Source: Bacilli bacterium
GTDB taxonomy: Bacteria > Bacillota_I > Bacilli_A > RF39 > UBA660
DNA: 64,000 nt
Assembly (NCBI GenBank): GCA_017548925.1
Contig: JAFYYX010000001.1
Coordinates: forward strand, 959,767 to 1,023,766
Direction of reading: 5' to 3'
Made by a program: the position numbers and the translations under genes. The notes beneath the pieces were generated by a model. The model ran no database searches, had not been told where the DNA came from, and saw only the letters and a program-made list of their open reading frames with translations. Positions within the stretch are counted from its first letter, which is position 1, and each line of letters starts with the position of its first letter. Below are positions 18,876-26,167 of the stretch, piece by piece.

Positions 18876-18995
18876 AAGTATCATATCCTACTCTAAAATA
18901 AATATATCATTTATTTTGCAATTTAACAATTAAAAAACTAAAACAAAAAATAATTGTTTTAGTTTAGAACTTATTAATTAAATCTAATAGTTTTT
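18876..18995 (-). promoter_or_regulatory. conserved intergenic cassette: terminator of gene H plus promoter and RBS of gene G
   Basis: Minus strand: hairpin CTAAAACAA-N10-TTGTTTTAG plus U-run, then TTGTTA-N17-TATATT (TG at -15/-14), then AGAGTAGGAT. Confidence 0.65.
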
Positions 18996-20273
18996 TTATG
19001 AACCAATATATGTTATTTTAGCGTAGCCATCGCCTTCATTACCAGTCATAGAACCATTTCCATCATGTGTAGGCATTTCTTGAGCGCCTGATTTCATAAC
19101 TCCATTAGTAAATTTTTTACCAGAGTAATGAATTGAACATGTATTATCTAGAGTATCTTCAACACATGTTTGTCCATTTGAGTCAAGTCTTGGACTATTA
19201 GATGCATCACTTATAACTGCAACACATCCTGTGTAACCAGAAATAAATGAAGATCCTCCTCCACCAGTTCTACCATAACCGTTAGATCCGCCCCAATAGC
19301 CTCCGCCGCCTCCACCGCCGAAGCCATCTGTGTTAACTTTAGGTCCAGAGCCAAATAATCCACGATAAGTTTCGCTTAGTGAAGAACTATATGATGTTTG
19401 TTTACCACCACCACCATTATATGAATCACTACCATAGCTTCCACTACCAGTTCCACCTTTTAAATTACCACCAACACCTGGTGATTTAGTGTAAGAAGTA
19501 GTTGAAAATGATCCTCCGCCACCTCCGGCAACCATAATTCTTGATCTTAATGATTCAGGATCACTCCATTCACCATTAACGGTTCTAACATCAGTAGCAC
19601 CGCCACCACCATATGAATAAGATGAACTATTATTTCCAGAATAGCCACCGCCATTCCAGCCTCCTACATTTGTTAAAGATTGTATTGTTGGCCCTGCTTC
19701 ACCTACATATACGTATAAAATAGTATTTTTAGCTAATTCTATCTCACCATAAGTGTAGCCACCTTTGCCGCCTTCACCACCTTGAGCACCCCATAATTCA
19801 AATGTATACTTACCATTAAATGGTGCTTTAAAAGTTTGAACAGTTTTTGTAAATTCAAAAGGATATTCCATTTTGAAATTACTACATTGGCCTTTACGAG
19901 GATCAGTTAAATTTCCATTTGAATACTGAATATAATAATCTTCATATACTAAACATGAATTAGTTACTTCAGCATTAGTAAAAAATACATAACCAGAATC
20001 AGGTTTAGTGCCTGATATTTTTAATCCTTCAGAATCAAGTTGAGAAACACTTAAAAGTCCAGAATCATAATTAGCATCTGTAATACTTTTTTCTGATATT
20101 AAAGCATTAGCTGCTTTAATATATAAACCTGCATTTGCTTTAATGGTATTATCTAGAGTTTCATCAACATTTCTTTTAATAATATTATAGGCAATTAAAA
20201 TGATAATAATTAAAACTACCATAACAGCAAGAAGTTCAACTAAAGTAAAACCTTTTTTAATATTTTTCTTCAT
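18996..20273 (-). CDS. modular type IV pilin-like protein with one glycine-rich module, subtype 2 (array gene H)
   Basis: MKKNIKKG|FTLVELLAVMVVLIIIILIAY. Cys pair NSCLVYE..KGQC. YTFELWGAQGG, LYVYVGEAG, GGWNGGG, GGGGATDVRT, RIMVAGGGGG, GGGGGGGYWGG, GGGGSSFISGYTGC. Cap is CSIHYSGKKF..MKSGAQEMPTHD..MTGNEGDGYAKIT. Confidence 0.85.
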   Translation of the reverse strand: MKKNIKKGFTLVELLAVMVVLIIIILIAYNIIKRNVDETLDNTIKANAGLYIKAANALISEKSITDANYDSGLLSVSQLDSEGLKISGTKPDSGYVFFTNAEVTNSCLVYEDYYIQYSNGNLTDPRKGQCSNFKMEYPFEFTKTVQTFKAPFNGKYTFELWGAQGGEGGKGGYTYGEIELAKNTILYVYVGEAGPTIQSLTNVGGWNGGGYSGNNSSSYSYGGGGATDVRTVNGEWSDPESLRSRIMVAGGGGGSFSTTSYTKSPGVGGNLKGGTGSGSYGSDSYNGGGGKQTSYSSSLSETYRGLFGSGPKVNTDGFGGGGGGGYWGGSNGYGRTGGGGSSFISGYTGCVAVISDASNSPRLDSNGQTCVEDTLDNTCSIHYSGKKFTNGVMKSGAQEMPTHDGNGSMTGNEGDGYAKITYIGS

Positions 20274-20347
20274 AGATATCATATCCTACTCTAAAATAAT
20301 ATTATCATTTATTAAAAATTTTAACAATAAGAAAACTCAAACAACTT
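20274..20347 (-). promoter_or_regulatory. conserved intergenic cassette: terminator of gene I plus promoter and RBS of gene H
   Basis: Minus strand: hairpin ACTCAAACAACT-N4-AGTTGTTTGAGT (its 5' arm overlaps the end of gene I) plus U-rich tail, then TTGTTA-N17-TAATAT (TG at -15/-14), then AGAGTAGGAT. Confidence 0.6.
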
Positions 20348-21652
20348 TTAGTTGTTTGAGTTGGATTCTTCTATTAGTGTAATTCTAACGTAACCATTAC
20401 CTTTTTTAGCAGTATTATTAATAGGTTTTTCAGAAACTCTGTCAGTTGAAATAGTATATACATTCTTAACATCAGTTTCTCTACATTCATAGCAGTACAT
20501 TCTAGCTTCAGTTAAATTTTCATTTCCGATATAACCAGATCCACCTGATGCACCAACAAACATACCATTTCCACCACCATAAAGGCCACCGCCTCCACCA
20601 GCAGAGTTTGTATAACCACCAGTTCTAGTAGTTTGTCCACCTTGACCATATGAACCATTAATCATACCAGATTCAGTACCTGTTCTTCCAGCATAACCAC
20701 CTAAAGTTTGTGTACCTCCTAAAGCTACATCTCCTTTATATAATCCATACTGCACAGTTTTAGATCCACCAATATATCCACCGCCAGATCCACCATTTTC
20801 ATAATTATAATCACTATCACTGCAGTGTCTTCTAATAGAGCCACCGCCTCCACCAGCAATTATTAATATATCATCTATCTCTAAATTTTTAATTAATCCA
20901 GATGAATACGCTATTGATGTAGCTCCACCGCCAGAGCCACCATAGTTACCGCAGTTACCAGTCATAGTGTAGGAATCTCCCCCACCATTATAACCACCTT
21001 TATTGGTTCCATTAACAACTTTGTTATAGTCTACTCCTTTACCACCAACGTTAATATATAAAACATCATCTTTATTTAAATTAACAATTGCTTTAGAGTA
21101 TCCTCCATATCCACCAAAATAAGTTTCGTTATAAGATCCACCTTGAGCTCCCCAAACTTCAAGTTTATACTTTCCAGTTTTTTGAACAGTGAATGTTTTT
21201 TCTCTTCCAGAATATTCATCTAGAAAAACGCCTACATCACTATTATAACCTTTTTTAATTTTACAATTTTTAGTATCCATAGAATCAACATCACCATTTT
21301 TAATAATGACACGTCTATCTTTAAATTTTAAACATCCATTAGTTACTCTATTATCTAAAATAACTAAATAACCAGTAAGAGGTTTAGTTCCAGATATTCT
21401 AACACCTAATTCATCTAGCTCTTCATATGTATAATAACCTTCATATAAAGGTTCTAATAAATCAGCATTTTTTAAAAGAATAACATCATTTACAGCTTTA
21501 ATATAACTAAGTGAACTTGCTTTAATAGATTTTTGTTCTGCATTATCCATTGCATCATTAACTTTTGTAACAGCAAGCAAAAAGATTAATATTAAAACTA
21601 TTAATACAGTTAAAAGTTCAACTAGTGTAATACCTTTGTTATTAATTTTCAT
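20348..21652 (-). CDS. modular type IV pilin-like protein with one glycine-rich module, divergent subtype 1 (array gene I, first in transcription order)
   Basis: MKINNKG|ITLVELLTVLIVLILIFLLAV (Ile at +1, Glu at +5). Cys pair NGCLKFK..TKNC. YKLEVWGAQGG, LYINVGGKG, GGYNGGG, GGGATSIA, ILIIAGGGGG, GGGGGLYGGG, SGGSGYI. Cap is MYCYECRET..AKKGNGYVRIT, with two of the four cap Cys lost. Confidence 0.8.
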   Translation of the reverse strand: MKINNKGITLVELLTVLIVLILIFLLAVTKVNDAMDNAEQKSIKASSLSYIKAVNDVILLKNADLLEPLYEGYYTYEELDELGVRISGTKPLTGYLVILDNRVTNGCLKFKDRRVIIKNGDVDSMDTKNCKIKKGYNSDVGVFLDEYSGREKTFTVQKTGKYKLEVWGAQGGSYNETYFGGYGGYSKAIVNLNKDDVLYINVGGKGVDYNKVVNGTNKGGYNGGGDSYTMTGNCGNYGGSGGGATSIAYSSGLIKNLEIDDILIIAGGGGGSIRRHCSDSDYNYENGGSGGGYIGGSKTVQYGLYKGDVALGGTQTLGGYAGRTGTESGMINGSYGQGGQTTRTGGYTNSAGGGGGLYGGGNGMFVGASGGSGYIGNENLTEARMYCYECRETDVKNVYTISTDRVSEKPINNTAKKGNGYVRITLIEESNSNN

Positions 21653-21740
21653 AGATTCATCTACTCTCTACTATTAAAATAATATCATTTAATAAAAATA
21701 ATCACAATAAAAAAACTTATCTATATGATAAGTTTTATTA
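21653..21740 (-). promoter_or_regulatory. cassette upstream of gene I: terminator of the preceding ORF plus promoter and RBS
   Basis: Minus strand: hairpin ACTTATC-N5-GATAAGT plus U-run, then TTGTGA-N17-TATTAT (TG at -15/-14), then AGAGAGTAGATGAATCTATG. Confidence 0.6.
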
Positions 21741-22541
21741 TTAATTAAATCTATCTTTATTATACATTTGCCATATAAAGCATTTATTATTAACAACATT
21801 ACCACCTACAGCAAAATGTTTAAAATTAGATTTTTCAAGGATATCTTCTTTTTTATATAAACCAACTAGAATGCTTTGTATTAAATCAATCCATACTTCA
21901 TCAGATATATTTTGATATGTTGATGGAATATAGTTTATAAAATCTTCTTTTTTTTCACCAAGTGATAGTAAATAATCTATTCTGTTTTTTCTCGCATCAT
22001 AATACTTTTTTTGATCTATTTCATAAATTTTATATTTATGAAAATTTTCAATATTTAAAAATTTTAGTTCAAACCATGGTATTAAATATCTTTCATGAAC
22101 ACATATTCCTTTTGATATTTCTCTTCCATCAAAACCTTTACCAACAGCTTCTATGCACACATCTTCATATAAATTAACATTTACTGATATACCAGCATCA
22201 CATTTATATCTTTTAGTTTGTTTACCTTCTAAATCAAAAAATAATACTACACCATGTTTATTTTTTAATTTAACCTTTTTAAATAAATCTTCTATATTAG
22301 GTACCATACCATTACCTTCAATACCTTCTATAATAGAGTATTCTTTAGGTGAATCTATTCTATAACTATCAAAAGAATCTAAATATTTTTTATTTTCTAA
22401 ATAATCATTATAATCAAGTGCTATAGCTAGTCTTTCTATATAAGATGCTTCAGGAAAGAAAAACAAAAAATCTATCATATCTGATGCGCGATGATAGTTT
22501 TTCATAAGTTCAATATCTTGTTTTCTATCTAGTGATAACAC
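21741..22541 (-). CDS. hypothetical protein (266 aa), no family recognised
   Basis: Long ORF with codon usage like its neighbours and its own terminator. No motif recognised. Confidence 0.5.
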   Translation of the reverse strand: MLSLDRKQDIELMKNYHRASDMIDFLFFFPEASYIERLAIALDYNDYLENKKYLDSFDSYRIDSPKEYSIIEGIEGNGMVPNIEDLFKKVKLKNKHGVVLFFDLEGKQTKRYKCDAGISVNVNLYEDVCIEAVGKGFDGREISKGICVHERYLIPWFELKFLNIENFHKYKIYEIDQKKYYDARKNRIDYLLSLGEKKEDFINYIPSTYQNISDEVWIDLIQSILVGLYKKEDILEKSNFKHFAVGGNVVNNKCFIWQMYNKDRFN

Positions 22542-22559
22542 TTAATATCAACCCTTTAT

Positions 22560-23123
22560 CTATATAATTTTTCCCTTATTTTCTAGATCTATTTCTAATT
22601 CTTTTTTTAAATTGTTAATAAAATCTAAAAACTCTTGATGGTTTTTATCTAAAAAATTTCTTAAGTTGCGACTAACAATTTTAGATAATTTATACTCACC
22701 ATCAGTAATTAAACCTTCAGTTAAAGCCTTCATAAGTTCAACATCATCCATTTGATATATATGTCCTTTATATGGAATTACAATATCTAAAAATAAATCT
22801 TCATATTCTGGATTAGATAGATCATCAAAGTAATTATTTCTAGTTACATCTATATATGTTTCAACCATTTTATTATTTTGATCAAACATTGATTTAATCC
22901 AAAAATTTGTGTTTTTAATAGCAATTTGTATCCACGTATAGTTATTATCAATAATAGTTGCATCTTTATAATTATAATGAACTTCAACAGGTTCATTAAT
23001 GTTATTAAATTTTATAATACTTACTATAGCTTCTTTAGACCCTATTATCATTTCTTTAGAATAATAATTTTTACATCCATCTTTAGTTCCAGTTAACTTC
23101 ATGTCTCGTCTTTTAATATGCAT
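22560..23123 (-). CDS. DUF402-like protein (nucleoside di/triphosphatase-like fold)
   Basis: YIDVTRNNYFDD..YEDLFLDIVIPYKGHIYQMDDVELMKALTEGLITDGEY resembles the DUF402 core (D..D..LDL...DEDEL pattern). The true start is uncertain. Confidence 0.5.
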   Translation of the reverse strand: MHIKRRDMKLTGTKDGCKNYYSKEMIIGSKEAIVSIIKFNNINEPVEVHYNYKDATIIDNNYTWIQIAIKNTNFWIKSMFDQNNKMVETYIDVTRNNYFDDLSNPEYEDLFLDIVIPYKGHIYQMDDVELMKALTEGLITDGEYKLSKIVSRNLRNFLDKNHQEFLDFINNLKKELEIDLENKGKII

Positions 23124-23214
23124 AATATATCACTCTACCATATTAATTATAAATTAATAAATATAAAAAAGGTACACTATAATTTGTTTAGTTTACAAAT
23201 TATATGTGTACCTT

Positions 23215-23751
23215 TTAATTTATTCTTTTATTAGCAAAAGTAGTAATATTTTTAATTGAAGTTCCAACGACTGGGAATATTACTTTAAATAATTCGAATA
23301 TAAATAATACAATTAATTTATATTGATATGCATATATACATATTAGTAAATCAATTAATATATCTGTGTATTTATTATCTTTTTTATACTTTCTGAGTAT
23401 TGGTTTTATAACCATATTAATAAATAGTGCTATAAAAGGAAGCAAGAATATAATTCCATGTTTTCCACTTAAATATATAAATGAAGCTGGAATAATAAAT
23501 ACTAATATATCAATTAATATATTTTTATTCATTAAAGTAAATTTCATTACTTCATAAACTATTAAAAACATATAACATAAAGTAGCGCTATATCCACCAA
23601 CAAGTGAAAACGCATAAGCAAGTATTTCCCACTTTAATATATCTATTAATAAATAAGCATATTTATGTTTTATAAATAAACTTTTAAAAAATACTAAATA
23701 TCTATTTAAATAAACAATAACATTAGCTAGTAAAATATTCATTTGTATCAC
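23215..23751 (-). CDS. hypothetical polytopic membrane protein (178 aa)
   Basis: ORF track. At least five hydrophobic helices. No family recognised. Confidence 0.45.
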   Translation of the reverse strand: MIQMNILLANVIVYLNRYLVFFKSLFIKHKYAYLLIDILKWEILAYAFSLVGGYSATLCYMFLIVYEVMKFTLMNKNILIDILVFIIPASFIYLSGKHGIIFLLPFIALFINMVIKPILRKYKKDNKYTDILIDLLICIYAYQYKLIVLFIFELFKVIFPVVGTSIKNITTFANKRIN

Positions 23752-23763
23752 ACTTTCTTTTTA

Positions 23764-24453
23764 TTATCTTGTAAGTTCATTTTCCTCAAGTATTGTGCGT
23801 ATTATATCAAGCACTCTTCTTTGATCAACAACAACATTTTTACGTTCTTCAAAAGTAATAGATTGTTTATAATATAGTTCAAGTGCATACATAATAGCAT
23901 CATCAATATCAGAAAAATAATTCTCTTTTGTTTTGCTACTTTCAATTATAACACACTTTGTAAGAGTTAATAAAAAACCAGAATCCATATCTGTATCATA
24001 TGAATTATAATTATCTTCTATTATTTTTTTATATTTTTCATCATTTTTCTTACTTAATTCATTATACTCACTAGAAATAATATTGCTTAAAGCTTTTAAA
24101 TATTCTCTTTTATATTCATTTATATCTGATTTAATATTTGAATCAGTTTTAGTTGATAAAAGACATACTGATATAAACTCTTCAATTAAAGGATATAAAC
24201 GTAGTTTTGGTTCAGAGGAATTAAGCATTCTTAAAAATATGTGTTGTGTTATATCATCATCAATTAATAGATATTGGTAACATACGTATCCAATAAATAC
24301 TGTCTTTATTTCATCTAAAGAAGCATTTTTAAATATTGGATAGTCATAAAAAACAGGCGCATAAAAATTTATTGCAAAATGAATTTTTTCAGATAATTCA
24401 CCAAAAAGGATATCATCTTTTAAAAAATCTGGAACCTCTAAACTCATAATCAT
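23764..24453 (-). CDS. hypothetical protein (229 aa)
   Basis: ORF track. Soluble and predicted helical. No motif recognised. Confidence 0.45.
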   Translation of the reverse strand: MIMSLEVPDFLKDDILFGELSEKIHFAINFYAPVFYDYPIFKNASLDEIKTVFIGYVCYQYLLIDDDITQHIFLRMLNSSEPKLRLYPLIEEFISVCLLSTKTDSNIKSDINEYKREYLKALSNIISSEYNELSKKNDEKYKKIIEDNYNSYDTDMDSGFLLTLTKCVIIESSKTKENYFSDIDDAIMYALELYYKQSITFEERKNVVVDQRRVLDIIRTILEENELTR

Positions 24454-24531
24454 GCACCTTTCTTTAATTTTTAATATATTATAAAGATATTAAAAATAAA
24501 GTCAAATAAAAAAACCTATATAAATATAGGT

Positions 24532-25065
24532 TTACTTTCTTGTCCTTGAAGTTCCATTATCTTGAGTTCTATCTGGGAAAATTTTGTTATAAAATTCAAA
24601 ATTAGCTGCTAAAACTCTGATAGCATTTTCTTTTTGTTTATCATAAGGTTTTGGTCTTATAAGAGATTTTTCAATATTATCGCAATATACTTTAACAATA
24701 TCTTGAATTAATCCAAGCAAACCATCCTTTTTAAATTTTTGTATTCCATTGGAAAGCATCTTCTTATCTTCTTTAGTAGCATGAACATATTTAGAAATAA
24801 TTGCACATGAAACATAAACATATGGATCACCATATGGATAATCTGCAGGAATATTTAATCCATCCTTGATAATATATGATGGAATCTCTTCAGTAGCTTT
24901 ACCAATTATATTCCACATTATCTCAATTCCAGGAGTACCATTAATACTTGTTTTATATCTGCTTACATCTTCTAAAGCTTCATTAGTATCAGCTATAACC
25001 CTATCAATATTCTCTTTAATAATTTCGATGGCCTTGTTATCATCTATAGGTCCAAAAATCCCCAT
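24532..25065 (-). CDS. hypothetical protein (177 aa)
   Basis: ORF track. No motif recognised. Confidence 0.45.
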   Translation of the reverse strand: MGIFGPIDDNKAIEIIKENIDRVIADTNEALEDVSRYKTSINGTPGIEIMWNIIGKATEEIPSYIIKDGLNIPADYPYGDPYVYVSCAIISKYVHATKEDKKMLSNGIQKFKKDGLLGLIQDIVKVYCDNIEKSLIRPKPYDKQKENAIRVLAANFEFYNKIFPDRTQDNGTSRTRK

Positions 25066-25140
25066 ATCTTCACTGTAATTATAAAATTACGTCCTTTCTT
25101 GTATAAATCATTATAACACATAAAAAAAGAAATTGAAGAA

Positions 25141-25566
25141 TTAATCTTCAATTTCTACATATTTTTTCTCAGGAAGTTTCTTTGCTTCTTCTTTTTTAGG
25201 AATATCAAGTGTTAAAATACCATTTTTAAATGATGCTTTAACATCTTCAGCTTCAATATCTTCTCCAACATAGAAGCTTCTTGAACATTCTCCAGAGAAT
25301 CTTTCTCGTCTAATAAAGTTTCCTTTATCATCTTTTTCTTCGTCATTTGATTCCTTCTTAGCAGATACAGTTAAATATCCATCTTCAACAGAAATCTTTA
25401 TATCTTGTTTTTCATATCCAGGTAAATCAATATCAACTAGATATGCATTATCCTTCTCTCTAATATCAGTTTTCATTAGTTTAACTTCTGGTTTTCTTGT
25501 AAAGAATGGATCGTTAAACATCTCGTCGAATAAATCAAAATCGTTTCTTCTTGGCATTAACATCAT
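25141..25566 (-). CDS. Hsp20/alpha-crystallin family small heat-shock protein
   Basis: DIREKDNAYLVDIDLPGYEKQDIKISVEDGYLTVSAKK..RRERFSGECSRSFYVGE..VKASFKNGILTLDIPK is a classical alpha-crystallin domain. Start is chosen at the ATG 8 nt after AAAGGTGA (the ORF track starts at a GTG 12 nt upstream). Confidence 0.9.
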   Translation of the reverse strand: MMLMPRRNDFDLFDEMFNDPFFTRKPEVKLMKTDIREKDNAYLVDIDLPGYEKQDIKISVEDGYLTVSAKKESNDEEKDDKGNFIRRERFSGECSRSFYVGEDIEAEDVKASFKNGILTLDIPKKEEAKKLPEKKYVEIED

Positions 25567-25653
25567 AAATACCATCACCTTTCATTTTATATACAATGTT
25601 TATACCGTAAGACTCTTCTTTTTGATCTTACGAATACATCATATCACTAAAAA

Positions 25654-25680
25654 TTAGCACTGTCAATAGTCGAGTGCTAA
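25654..25680. promoter_or_regulatory. CIRCE element (HrcA operator) overlapping the hsp20 promoter
   Basis: TTAGCACTG-TCAATAGTC-GAGTGCTAA matches the CIRCE consensus TTAGCACTC-N9-GAGTGCTAA in 17 of 18 arm positions. On the minus strand the spacer contains TTGACA, followed 17 nt later by TATGAT. Confidence 0.85.
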
Positions 25681-25695
25681 TTTTTAATTGTTTTA

Positions 25696-25944
25696 CTAAA
25701 ATTTACTACTTACTTTTTTAAAAGTATCACATATTTTAGAACAATCTACATTACATATTTCATACCATGAGTTATTTACCATTTCATTATATGTTCTTTC
25801 TTGTGAAAGAAGTGTTTGATCAAGACCATATTTTAGATTATCTTTATTATCTTTATTAGATGCTTCTATCGTTCCATGAACATATACTTCAACATTACTT
25901 TTAAGTAAACTTAAATAATTTGTTAATATTTCTTCACTATTCAT
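25696..25944 (-). CDS. CotF-like (spore coat protein F family) small protein
   Basis: ILTNYLSLLKSNVEVYVHGTIEASN..LKYGLDQTLLSQERTYNEMVNNSWY resembles the Coat F helical domain. Overlaps the upstream ORF by 8 nt. Confidence 0.5.
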   Translation of the reverse strand: MNSEEILTNYLSLLKSNVEVYVHGTIEASNKDNKDNLKYGLDQTLLSQERTYNEMVNNSWYEICNVDCSKICDTFKKVSSKF

Positions 25945-26167
25945 TACAGTTATCCTCCAGTATACCTAATAATTTACTTTCTATAAGATCATGATTTTTT
26001 AATTCTTTTTTCATAAACTCAATTAATTTATTATCTTCTAAAGAAGAAATTGCATACTCAATATATGCACATATATTTTGTTCATGGTTAATTGCATCTT
26101 CAAAATATAAAAGTTCTTTTTCTGTCATAAAAAAATCCTCCTCACATATATTATGAGGAGAATTCAA
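25937..26167 (-). CDS. small hypothetical protein (76 aa or shorter), companion of the CotF-like gene
   Basis: ORF track. It starts immediately after the stop of the sigma-factor gene. An alternative start is at MTEKELLYFEDA. Confidence 0.4.
   Translation of the reverse strand: MNSPHNICEEDFFMTEKELLYFEDAINHEQNICAYIEYAISSLEDNKLIEFMKKELKNHDLIESKLLGILEDNCNE

Noticed and set aside
7359-20382. About fifteen short or medium ORFs inside the pilin-GRD genes on either strand (for example 7484-8083 plus strand, 199 aa and Pro-rich; also 9437-9691, 9893-10138, 10806-11033, 11763-12032, 14954-15166 and 17945-18148).
   Set aside because: They are alternative-frame or antisense readings of GGN-rich coding sequence: antisense gives NCC (Pro) runs, and frame shifts give V/L/M/H-rich strings. 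They have no RBS and are fully nested in far better-supported genes.
7072-21652. The array as a horizontally acquired island or mobile element.
   Set aside because: No integrase, transposase, flanking direct repeats or tRNA at the borders. AT-rich third positions and intergenic style match the flanks. The locally higher GC is explained by glycine codons.
9178-21740. Regularly spaced conserved ~90-bp elements containing hairpins, which superficially resemble a repeat-spacer array.
   Set aside because: Spacing is 1.2-2.3 kb and the intervening sequences are intact protein-coding paralogues. The repeats resolve into terminator plus promoter plus RBS. This is not CRISPR.
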